From Trichosphaerium sp. ATCC 40318 (Eukaryota > Protista > Tubulinea), in contig JALMLS010000596.1 of NCBI GenBank assembly GCA_038496445.1, positions 206,246-270,245 of the forward strand: DNA of 64,000 nucleotides, read 5' to 3'. Below the pieces are notes generated by a model. The model had not been told where the DNA came from, did no database searches, and worked only from the letters and a program-made list of their open reading frames with translations. Shown here piece after piece: positions 13,346-24,469 of the stretch. The stretch's first letter is position 1. Each line of letters starts with the position of its first letter. Both the position numbers and the translations under genes were made by a program.

Positions 13346-13603
13346 AGCATGATCATTTGTGCTGACATATATTGCTGTAAAGCAAGAAGTCCAATTTTTC
13401 TTTTCACTCATACCATCTATGTATTTCATTAAAGTCCCTTTTTGTTACTCAAAGCGTTGACACATTAGTGTTTGTATGACATTAATGAAATGCATGGATA
13501 AGAATTCAGTGGGTCCCTCATAAAACATATGCAAGGGCGATTGTGATGTTGGTAGGAATAAACTTAAAATTAAAACATGAGGAAAACGTTTTATTGGTGT
13601 ACA

Positions 13604-14047
13604 TCAAACATACTCAATAGCCCAAGTACTATCGAGTGTATCTCCATTGTTTGGCTCAAGAAAAACCCGTTGAGCGTGGCTAGCACCAGGTCCCCCATCA
13701 AGCGCATGTCCTGAACGAGTAATACGCTTATTTATACCCCAGCCTGTGTTTTCTAGGGTGAACCTTTGTCTGTTGTTTAATGAATCGCACCAAGCTAGCT
13801 TTACAATTTGCCCAGGTGTTGCTTCCATACACCTCCCTGAGGCGACATGTTCAAACCTGAAGTAGGTTCCCCAGCTTTGCATATCCCACACTGTTGGTCC
13901 GTAAAAGCTTGGCATCAAGTGTACATAGTTTGAGTTTGGAAACGATGATAGAGCAAACGTGGTTCGAAATTTTATAATCTTAACATTAGCCGAAGCACAG
14001 AGGGTAACAAGACATAAGATACATAGAAGAAGAGAAGCTGTTTGCAT
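13604..14047 (-). CDS. Secreted ricin-B-type (beta-trefoil) lectin-like protein A
   Basis: Signal peptide; GRCME...VKLAWCD...QRF and terminal STW motifs; intronless; three paralogues nearby. Confidence 0.8.
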   Translation of the reverse strand: MQTASLLLCILCLVTLCASANVKIIKFRTTFALSSFPNSNYVHLMPSFYGPTVWDMQSWGTYFRFEHVASGRCMEATPGQIVKLAWCDSLNNRQRFTLENTGWGINKRITRSGHALDGGPGASHAQRVFLEPNNGDTLDSTWAIEYV

Positions 14048-14309
14048 CGTGTTGAGTGAGGTTTTTGGTCTTTATTGATTTTATAATGAAAATGTACGTT
14101 CAAACACAATTGGCAGCTTGTGTTCTTGTTTTCTTGCGTTCTGTGTTCAATGTGATTGAATACTTCAATCCAATGAGTTTGCTAAATAGACATGCAACGT
14201 AGTGTTTCGCCTAACTATCATATTTTCGGACTTTATCTGAATCGATACCTGACGTAAACCAAGTCGTAGATTTTGTATCGTAGTGCTCAGTACAGCAAGA
14301 AACAACTCC

Positions 14310-14885
14310 AAATAAGAAACCATTTTGTGAATACTTTTCAGCTGGCGACGTTTCGAAACCGCGAAAAACGGTTTACAATCACGTGTTTCTAAAAACCATT
14401 AAAATATCAACATGTTGTTAAAACGTGATTCTAAAATAACGCGAACTATAGATCACAATAGGTCAAATATCGTGGTAAAACAACAAAGCGTATAGCTAAC
14501 AATCAGCGAGTATTTTCAAAAGCTAGTTCGGTTTCCAGCGCACAAGGCAGTACCCATCCATTGAATCTTTTTTTAAATTGTTCCCTCCCGGATGAAGTTT
14601 GCTCTTTTAGCCAGAAGTGTTAACATAAACCTATTTTTATTTTGGAGGTACAAATCAGTACACCCTGGAATAATATAAATCTATCCTACTTGGTGTTGTC
14701 AGCGTTTGTGTGTATGGTAGAAGATGTAAGGTGAAGATGGTATTTGGTTTGTTACCAACACAAGAATCATGTTTTAACAATGTGTTTATATTTTAATGGT
14801 TTTTAGAAACACGTGATTGTAAACCGTTTTTCGCGGTTTCGAAACGTCGCCAGCTGAAAAGTATTCACAAAATGGTTTTCTTGTT
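14310..14885. repeat. Long inverted repeat between the divergent lectin genes
   Basis: About 14315-14407 is the near-perfect reverse complement of about 14788-14880 (GCTGGCGACGTTTCGAAACCGCG...CACGTG...). Confidence 0.85.
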
Positions 14886-15334
14886 TGGCGTAGTTCCTAG
14901 CAAGCTGTACCACGTGCAAAGCTTTGTCGGGTATCGTTTCAGATAAGTCCGAAAATACAATTAGGCGAAAATACAACGTTGCAGGTGTTTGTTTAAGCTA
15001 AACAACTACGTCAAATTATTCGATAGGTGTAAGAACAAGGGTATATCAATTAGGTTTCGCAGTATTTTGATAAGAAACTATGCGAGGTTATTGTCATTGT
15101 CTTAGAACCATCTGAGGTTATTGTCATTGCCTCAGAAGACCAAATAAAGCTAGAGCCTTTTATCACCACACTTGCGTTTTAAATCATTCTGTACAACATA
15201 AATAACATCAAAATATTATTGTTTATGGTGGCATCATCGATTACACGATAAATACGGTCACATTAACAATACAGAACAAAAGAAATCACTTGTGTTTTTT
15301 TTCTCAAAATAAAAAGAACAAAACCTGATTCAAC

Positions 15335-15787
15335 ATGATGCGAACAGCTTCTCTTCTTCTACTCGTATTATGCCTTGTTACCTTATGTACTTCGGCCAGA
15401 GTTAAGATTATTAAAATAGGCACCACGTTTGCTCTATCGTCTCTTCCAAACTCAAATCATGTTTTTTTGATGCCAACCTTTTACATTCCAACAGTGTGGG
15501 ATATGCAAAGAGTGCCAAACACCAATCTCTTCAAGTTTGTAAATATCGAAACAAGGTACTGTATGGAAGTAGCTCCAAACCAAGTTGTATTTCTGGCTCT
15601 TTGCGATGTATCAAAGAGCGCTCAAAGGTTCTCGCTTATAGATACTCGCTTTGGTGGTAAGCGTATTACTAATCTAAACTACGTAATTGATGGTGGACGC
15701 GGAGCTAGTCACGCTGAGCGTGTTTATCTAAAGCGATACTGGGATAGAGATAATATTGATATCACTTGGATAATTGATTATGTTTGA
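15335..15787 (+). CDS. Secreted ricin-B-type lectin-like protein B
   Basis: Signal peptide; YCMEV...VFLALCD...QRF and ITW motifs. Confidence 0.8.
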   Translation: MMRTASLLLLVLCLVTLCTSARVKIIKIGTTFALSSLPNSNHVFLMPTFYIPTVWDMQRVPNTNLFKFVNIETRYCMEVAPNQVVFLALCDVSKSAQRFSLIDTRFGGKRITNLNYVIDGGRGASHAERVYLKRYWDRDNIDITWIIDYV

Positions 15788-16572
15788 CATGTACAACAAT
15801 AAAACCATTCCCTAGTATTTTAATATAAATTGTGTAGACTTCATTCTTGATACCCTGTGGTTTTATTGTTGCATGTGACTGCACGTTGCAGGTTTACTTG
15901 TTGTTCATCTGTTCATCGTGTTAAAGTTGTATTACTAAAGCGTTGGTTGTATACCAGCAATAATCAAGTAAACTGGCTCGCCAGGTCATGATAGTTCTGA
16001 ATATACAGTGTTGTCCACATCTTGTTTTGTTTATAGCAAGTAGGCTATCTTACACAGCAATACAAGCAATGTAATATGGTAACAATCCAAATACCATTTT
16101 CCTAGCTGCATATTCAACATCATGGTATGTACTCAGGAACAGAAACGGCAACAATGAGTTAGCACGTGATAAAATAAGTACGGCCTTGAACCCCAAAACC
16201 AAAATTGGTTTTATGTTAACACTTTTTCATGGACTGATGTAAACTGTACAGCGGTGCATGTAACACAACTAAATGTATTGTTGTTTTTAAACTGTGTACT
16301 GGCAAAACCAACTTGGTTTACATGATATCAGGTTCATTGTTTCTATGATTTGAAATCCAATCACATTGACAACGTCGGGTATCTATTCAGATAAATTCCG
16401 AAAATATGATAGTTAGGCGAAACGCTACGTTGCATGTCTATTTAGCAAACTCATTGGATTGAAGTATTCAATCACATTGAACACAGAACGCAAGATAACA
16501 AAAACACAAGCTAACAATTGTGTTTTTTTGGTCAAAGCACAAAAAAAGCGAATAAAACCCTGACTCAACACA

Positions 16573-17025
16573 ATGCGAACAGCTTCTCTTCTTCTGTGTA
16601 TCTTATGTATTGTTGCCCTCTGTGCTTCGGCTCATGTCAAGATTATAAAATACCAAACCACGTTTGCTCTATCATCGTTTCCAAACTCGGATTATGTACA
16701 CTTGATGCCAACCTTCTACGGACCAACAGTGTGGGATATACAAAGCTGGGGCAGCGGAGGATGGATCAGGTTTGTACATGTCGCCTCAGGGGACTGCATG
16801 GAAGCAGTACATGGGCAAATTGTAAAGCTGGCTCTTTGTGATATATTGAGCTATAAACAGAGGTTCACACTTGAACAAAGCGGGTATGGGGCAAGCTATG
16901 GTCGTATTGCTCGTCTGGGATACGCACTAGATGCAGGACCTGGAGCTATCCACGCTCAGCGCGTTTTTCTTGATCCAAACAACGGAGATACAGTCGATAG
17001 CACTTGGAAAATTGTTTATCTTTAA
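16573..17025 (+). CDS. Secreted ricin-B-type lectin-like protein A'
   Basis: Close paralogue of 13604-14047, including its upstream DNA in inverted orientation. Confidence 0.8.
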   Translation: MRTASLLLCILCIVALCASAHVKIIKYQTTFALSSFPNSDYVHLMPTFYGPTVWDIQSWGSGGWIRFVHVASGDCMEAVHGQIVKLALCDILSYKQRFTLEQSGYGASYGRIARLGYALDAGPGAIHAQRVFLDPNNGDTVDSTWKIVYL

Positions 17026-17415
17026 TGTACACCAATAAAAACCCAAAACAGGTTTATGGTAACGGGACTCATTTTTTTTTCGTGCACAGATAGGTGTAGG
17101 CGCATGTAACATGCCTTGAATCATTACGTAAGGTGAACAAGGGTGATATCAATTAGGTTTCGCAGTATTTTTATCAGAAAACTATGCGAAGTTATTATCA
17201 TTGTCTCAGCAGACCTCAGAAGACCAAATAAAGCTAAGCCTTTTATCACCACACTAGCGTTTTCAATCATGCTGTACAACATAAATAACAGCAAAATACA
17301 ATTGCTTATGATGGCATCATCGATTCAACGATAAACCGAATCACATTGACAACACAGAACGAGAGATCACTTGTTTTTTTTTTCTCAAAATAAAAAGAAC
17401 AAAACCTGATTCAAC

Positions 17416-17868
17416 ATGATGCGAACAGCTTCTCTTCTTCTATTTGTATTATGCCTTGTTACCTTATGTACTTCGGTCAGAGTTAAGCTTAAAAAGATAG
17501 GCACTAATTACGCTCTATCAGCTATAACGAATTCGGACTATATTTATTTGATGCCAACCTTTTACATTCCAACAGATTGGTGGATGCGAGACTATGGTAC
17601 ATACGTGAAGTTTGAAAATATTCACGCAAAAAAGTGTATGGAGGCATCGTTTGTACTACAACGTGTTATTCTGGGAGATTGCGATGATTATAACTTTCGC
17701 CAAAGGTTCGCACTTGATGATAGCCGTTGGGGTGAGCAATATAAGCGTATTAATCATGTGTACAACTATGTTGATACAGGACCTGGAGCTAGGCAAGCTC
17801 AACAGGTTTATCTAAAGCGGAACAGAGTTCACACAGCCGATAACACTTTTGAAATTGTATACGTTTGA
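17416..17868 (+). CDS. Secreted ricin-B-type lectin-like protein B'
   Basis: Paralogue of 15335; shares about 300 bp of upstream sequence with it. Confidence 0.8.
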   Translation: MMRTASLLLFVLCLVTLCTSVRVKLKKIGTNYALSAITNSDYIYLMPTFYIPTDWWMRDYGTYVKFENIHAKKCMEASFVLQRVILGDCDDYNFRQRFALDDSRWGEQYKRINHVYNYVDTGPGARQAQQVYLKRNRVHTADNTFEIVYV

Positions 17869-18454
17869 TTTGTACCAATAAACATCGACTATGAATCACG
17901 TGATACGAAAAAAATTATGAACAAGTACAAATTCTGTAGTTGCGTAGTGAAACTTTGTTGTAGAGCTAGTGGAGTTTAAGTCAGAGGTCTTACTTTTCCG
18001 GCTACAAACCGGTTAACCGTTTAGGTTCTGAAAGCCGGTTAACCTCTACTTCTTAGCAACTATGATTCATAGTGAAATATTGTGCTTTACATCGTTGGAC
18101 ACGGCGAACTGTATGATAAAATGACACACAACTTACACTTGTTCAATATTCGGTGAAAAACGGTCTTCTAATTTGTTGCTTGTAATACCGCAAAGGCTAA
18201 AATCATTCTTCAGGCTAATTACTGTTAGTAGACTTTCCCATGTTGGTTTACAATGATATTGTGTATTCGTGTACTTTGCCCTCAGTTGTAAACCCTTTGA
18301 AACTAAGGTTGATAGTATGAACGGTTGAAAATGATGTGATACCTTCATGTTTATGGTGTCTATGGATAAGACCACCAGCAAGGGATCTAATAGCTTCAAA
18401 TTGTACAGTACATTTATTTAATACTCAACTTGCAAGGTACATGACCGCCTGTTT

Positions 18455-20150
18455 TCAGGGTACATACGGTTTTATACACCCAGATAAAGCGTGTTCACTG
18501 AGTTTTTCGCATACAGAAGCTTGGCTATTTTTAGAAAACCGTTCATGTCGCGGATCACTACAAAGAAAAAATTATTTTACAAGAAACAATTCAGCCTTCT
18601 GTACGTTGTAAACCTTACTCCTAGTTCCAAAATACCATCATCATCGTTTAGAGCGCCACTTAATCTTCCGATAGACCGCCCAAGCTGACGTCTAGTATAT
18701 GTAGGAGTGCTGTAGTTTGTTGTTGACTATTTTGTTAGTAGGCAGTCAAGTTATTTAATCACCAGACTTACCGCAGTGTTGCAATATTGTCCACCAACTA
18801 CAATAAATTCGGCACAATTATGAAACAGCACTGAGACTGTTGTGGTGCCACAACATTGAGGTATTGCATTGATTTTTGGGAACGTATTCCAAGGACTTAT
18901 ACTGCATTCTGGAGACTCACGCTCATTGTTCCATTCCACATGGCCTTGGTAGAAAGTTATTTTACAAAAAAGAGGCTTGGTAGATACCAGTTGTTGTGTA
19001 GATCAAAGCGTTTTCTATGGTCACGTGCGCGTTCTACAAGAAAAATGAGCTTTTTTGGTTTTTCATTTCAAGAACCGTTTACCACGTCAGATTCAAAGAA
19101 CACGTTTATACCCATTACCACTAAATTATAATCAAACAGCTTAAGATATACAAGTGGTTACATACCATCTGCAATGTAGCCTGCAGTTTTTTCAACATTT
19201 CCTCCACTTGCTCGGTAGTATGCTACGGTTATAGCTACACTCTTACAGAAAATGAATTGTTATAGTATCGTATAGTACGTACAATAGTAATCTCTTGCAT
19301 TTCTGAGGGACATGTTTCAGGTGGAGGTGATAGCGGAAGAGTAGCACCTTCAGGGTAACCTCTTTTTAAGGTTTTTAAGTCTTTGTTTGTTCCTCTACGA
19401 AGAACAAGGTGTCAACAACTACTTTCTCAAATTATGTACCTGAATACCAAGTGACTATCATTTCCTATCAAAGACTTGTGACGAGGATGCATGAATGACA
19501 CATGTCTGGTTGTTTCATCAGTATCATACTAATGTGATGCGAAGGAACGTGGTACCTATCAAGAGCATCAAAGAAGTGCCAATGACCTTGTTCGGATTGC
19601 CAGAAGCCAGAGAAAGTACCATCAGAGTATTGAGTAACTCGAAAATGTTGATGGTTCTCTCCAATCGCTTTGAACGTGTTTGAAGGTGCATCAATAAAAG
19701 TCACATTGTGTTCGTTTTGAATGGTAATCTACAACTCATTTCAGTTTTAGTCACGTGATTTGATGGTATTGTAATTGTATCTCCAAATATGATATTACCT
19801 TCGTATTCTTTGCGTAGGGAGAGTGTTTAATACAGGTGAAGCTCAACGTCTTGTTTGTATTGAAAAAAAGGTCGACGCGATGTTGTTTTGAATTTATTGC
19901 CTGATAAGCATCCACGTGCGTAAGAGATACTATTTAATGAGAAACTAGCAACGAATCTACGCAAACGTACTTTTTGATATAGCTTCAAATTCATCCATAT
20001 TGTCCCAAAACTCTTGGCTATAGCCCCACGTGAACGTGGTAAATATAAAGATACCTGATAAACCCATTTAGTATTCCATTTCATCCAATGCAAGGTAAAA
20101 GGCCCGCTAGTTGGACATTACGTACCTAAAGTTACGAGAAGCTTCCACAT
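18455..20150 (-). CDS. Zinc-motif-less ADAM/reprolysin-like secreted protein, copy 1 (multi-exon)
   Basis: MWKLLVTLGIFIFTTFTWG signal; prodomain exon DAPSNTFKAIGENHQH; pseudo-site TRRQLGRSIGRLSGALNDDDGIL; ends RFSKNSQASVC...CIKPYVP*. Confidence 0.75.
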
Positions 20151-20735
20151 GGTTGTTAGTAAAATAAAACAAATGTGATCTAACATTAATTTGTAAGGTA
20201 GAGTCTCGTTTTATTTAGATAACTGCGCAAACTTCGAAATGATATAGTGACAACTCAACGCAAGGACCCAGTATTTCAGAGCTTCTTCGTGTTTGAGGTG
20301 CAAAAGAGAATGATATTCTAAGTTGACTCGGATTCAGACGTTCTTACTGCGTCAACCGAAGTAGTGCACTTAAAAAGAACATTTTTCACTCAAGCAAAGA
20401 TTCTTACTACGCGGTTAAGGTCTTGCAGATTTTCTGCTCGCAACGGTGCCTTTTGCACCAAATAGGTACAGATGTGAGCAAGAACGTTCTGGCTCGCTTG
20501 TACATGCTGGGGCATACCAGGAATTCATACAAGACAATGACTCGGTTCTGCGTTCTATGAACTTACAAATTTCCCAACACTTGGTCTTTTGTAAACTAAG
20601 ACTTGTCACCTTGCTACCGGGCAAATTGTACATCCCAGTGATATACGCCTCCTTTCGAAGAAATCACGTGATTGCTTAAAACAGTCACTTTAGTCATATT
20701 TAGTAGATACTACATTATAAAGCACACTCTTCTGT

Positions 20736-22160
20736 ATGTCTTTCAATAATCAATGTACGATAGTGCCCTACTGGGTTTCTTCTCATAAGTATTTAGGCAC
20801 GCCTTTAAACCTAGAATCGCTTCCTTGTGATATACAGGTGTATATTAGCAGCTATTGTAGCGAAGTGTTCGCTAAATGGTACGTTTCTTTTTTTCAAAAA
20901 AAATGTGACAGAGCGATAGGAACTTGTTGAGCAAATCTACTGCGACATCAACTCGCTACAATGAAAAGCTTAACAAAACCGGCGTTTGGTTGAAATGGCA
21001 TTCAAACGGTAGATTGTCAGATAGTAGACACTTTGTTGATGGTATCGAACATGGAGCTTTACAAGTTTGGTTTGAGAATGGGCAAACAAGAGAAAAGTCT
21101 TTCAAAGAAGAAGGTTTGTTCGAAGGTGAAATAAAAACATGGTATGCCTCCGGACAACTTGAATCACAGGGTTTCTATAAGTCTGGTAAGAAAGAAGGTA
21201 CTTATAAGATTTGGCATGAAGGAGGACAACTCTACAAGGAAGCTATGTATTGTAACAATGTACGTCATGGCTTGCTCCGTGAGTACTTTGAGAATGGGCA
21301 AATGGCTAGCTATGTGATGATTCAAAATGGAGTTGATAACGGCTTGGTTCACTATTGGAATGAAGATGGACATATGATATTAAAGGGAACATTTGTGGAC
21401 GCAAAGCCTGAAGGAAAGTTTGAAGAATGGTACACGTTACACTTTTTCCTCGTACTTTCTTAACTTTGCTCTTTGCTTTGTATTTAGCTTAACCGTATGT
21501 AGGTATGACAATGGTAACCCCAAAGTATTGTGTTGGTTTTATTCGAACAAACGAGAAGGAAAGTTTAGCGAATGGCACGAAAATGGAGCAGTTGCGGTCC
21601 AGTGTAATTATGTTGATGAGGAATTTGATGGAGAATACAAAGCATGGTATTCCAATGGTCAATTAGAAAAAGAGTGTACCTATGTAAAAGGAGCCCTTGA
21701 CGGAGAACACAAGATGTGGTATGACAACGGTCAATTAAAGCACTGTAGAACTTATGTCAATGGCAAACATGACGGTACTACCAGAAACTGGTATGCCAAT
21801 GGTCAAATACAATTTGAGTGTCAAGTTGTTAATGATTTAAGACATGGTACTTTTAAGCGTTGGGATAAAAGCGGTGTTCTTCTTGAGGAGAGGAAGTATA
21901 TTAATGGAGTCCAAAATGGTCTGTATCAATGTTGGTCATCAAGTGGTAGCTTAATCCTCAAGTGCACTTATTTGGACGGACGGCAACATGGTAATTGCTT
22001 TCAGAGAACTAGCAATGGTTCTATTGAAAGTCATTATAAGCACGGTCAACTACATGGTGACTATAAAGAAGTGAATGCAAAAGGTGATATTTTAAATGAG
22101 AGCAGTTACGAAAATGGTCAAGTAAAATCAAAGCCACTTAATTTTGGAACATGGATCTAA
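20736..22160 (+). CDS. F-box-like plus MORN-variant repeat protein; 3 introns
   Basis: LESLPCDIQVYISSY...KWNLLSK followed by many WYxNGQ repeats; GTAC...AG introns join the two long ORFs. Confidence 0.85.
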
Positions 22161-22643
22161 TGTAGCTGAGTCTTAAAATTGAATAAATTCATTATAAAAT
22201 TTCCGTTGTGGTTTTTTTCATAGTGCATCATTTCACATAATCCTAGACGGTCAACAATACTATTTCTTACCACAACAGATGCCTAGAGTTGTTCTTGTTG
22301 GTAGAGAATTTTTCTCTAAGCAGTTGATGAAAAAGTAAAAAATGTGTCAGTAACACAGCAGTCAGCTACTCGCCTGAAACTCCCGTATATGATAGGTTAA
22401 GGTTTGTATTTCAACGAGAAGTTCGAAACAGATATGCACAATAAGTACATTATATGCAATTATCACAGAAAATATGTGCCGTGATCTTTTCAGTAAAAAA
22501 GGAACTTTTAATTCCTTATTTAAGAGCATCAACACCTTTTTCCGTCGAATGAATAGGCCAAATCTACTTAAACAGTGATGTACTACTTATCCCTGATGTG
22601 AGATCGCAAACAACGCCGTTTAAAAAACAATTTTGTTCACTAT

Positions 22644-22742
22644 CTTATGCAACATCCCAAACAGCCAAAAATGATGTATTGTATTCAACATGCGCGTGTA
22701 GTATGTATGTATCATTTTTGGCTGTTTGGGATGTTGCATAAG
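22644..22742 (+). repeat. 99-nt hairpin (candidate pre-miRNA or structured RNA)
   Basis: Perfect 32-bp arms at 22644-22675 and 22711-22742; the 35-nt spacer pairs further through G:U wobbles. Confidence 0.8.
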
Positions 22743-23253
22743 TTAGAAAGAGGAAAAACACTGTAAACATTTTTAGAAAAAGTGCCCTACAACAAATGCA
22801 AAGCGTTTAGCTCGGTTTTATATCGCTAATCAAGATCAATAAGCGGAACTTGACGTTTTTAGCGGAGCCACAACTAACGTTTTAGTGTGCGCACTCAGGT
22901 TCGATGCAATAGTACTCTTTATACACTTTCAAGGTATAAATGATGAACAATAAAAACCTAGTGAGAAGATTTTCACATCTTACAATAACGTCATACCACA
23001 AAAACAGTAAAACGTATTTATTTTTTTACACGGCTACAGGTTTATATTAAGCTCTCATACTTACTGTGTAGATTCAAAGCATATAGCGCTTACACCATAG
23101 CACATTCAACTGCTTAGCGAAAAATTCTCTAAAAGCTATGAATAATATTACAGTGTTTGGCTACAAAGTCAAGTTTAAGTCAATCACACTTTCTAACGTA
23201 TTATTAACCACATACAACACAAAATCACTCACCACTCTTTGTAAAACCGTTAT

Positions 23254-24392
23254 ATGGCTGCACCAATACTACCTGGAGAGATAGTGTACCATATACTCGC
23301 GTTTGTAGATGATTTATACACAAAGTATGCTGTAGCGCTTGTATGCTCGTATTGGCGCACTGCCATAATATCTACAACAACGACAGTTGATGTTTCGTAT
23401 CTTTGCCTAGATGGAGAAAAACACGAACGAATGGGAACTTTTCCAAGATACTCAAAATTGAGGTCTGTTTTTCATATTTTTAAAAATGTGGACACTGTTA
23501 AGGTACCCTTTTGGCTGTCAAAATACCTGCTTAAGTGTGTTAGCTTTGTGATATCATTGTTGGCTTCAGAACATTCTGGAAACTGGGTAAGAAATTAGAC
23601 AAGTTGTTGTGCAATTTTGTCTTTGATTTTTTTGTTTTGCATACTTGTTAACTATTCTTTTTTGTTTCAGGATGTGCTGTGCTTTCAGGTAAATTAGATC
23701 TTGGAGAACGGATAGGGTTTGGTGCTTATCATGAGTACATGAGCCTTGCTGATCTTAAAACACAAGAATTCAATGATAGCCCAGAAGTACAAGGTATGCA
23801 TGAGTGCTACTTTTTCAACCTTCTGTAAGCTTTTTATAATATTATTGATAGAGATTCGAGCCACTGGATGTACGCCCATCACCAGTATAGTCATATCAGA
23901 CTGTAATATAAAGTACTGGTATTGTATGTAGCACTTAGCAATGGTTTGGGGCAAAGTAAGTCTAACATTGTAATTATAGCCTCATGGCCATCTGTGATGT
24001 TTGCCGGAGTTACATTATTTAGAGCTTTGGCAACTAAGGATGCTGTATTTTCAGTAGATGTTTCAGGTTCTACTGGAGAAGGCTTGAAATATCTGTACAA
24101 GGAAGGATATAGTACGTTAATACAAATAATTGTATGCCTTGTTTAAGGTTTCTCCCTTTGTTTTTATTTCTTACCCTTTTGTGGCTTATATCGTTCACTA
24201 GAAGTATCACACCTTCCACTTTGCAATCTAGAAAAATGGACGTTGAACATGTCTGATACAAACATACCAGAAGATGAAAAAAAAGGTGCGTAGAACTTTG
24301 CTTGGTTTTAACATGTTTTGACATGATTTTGTTCAGAAATACAAAGCATTATTCATAGTTTACAGAAACAGGCATCACAATATCGGATTTAG
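23254..24392 (+). CDS. F-box protein (multi-exon)
   Basis: LPGEIVYHILAFV...ALVCSYWR F-box; downstream GT-AG exons; probable end EIQSIIHSLQKQASQYRI*. Confidence 0.7.
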
Positions 24393-24469
24393 TAATAATG
24401 TACAAGTTTGTAGTTTCAATATCACGTGAATGAAGTGCCCTGACAGCCAAAGTTAAGAGGCTTTTCGAA

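Noticed and set aside
17980-18050. Repeated CCGGTTAACC palindromes
   Set aside because: Too short, with no clear TIR or TSD, to call an element
1275-22160. Integrated giant-virus segment (MORN and LRR genes)
   Set aside because: No viral core genes, gene density is low, and intron-rich host genes are interspersed
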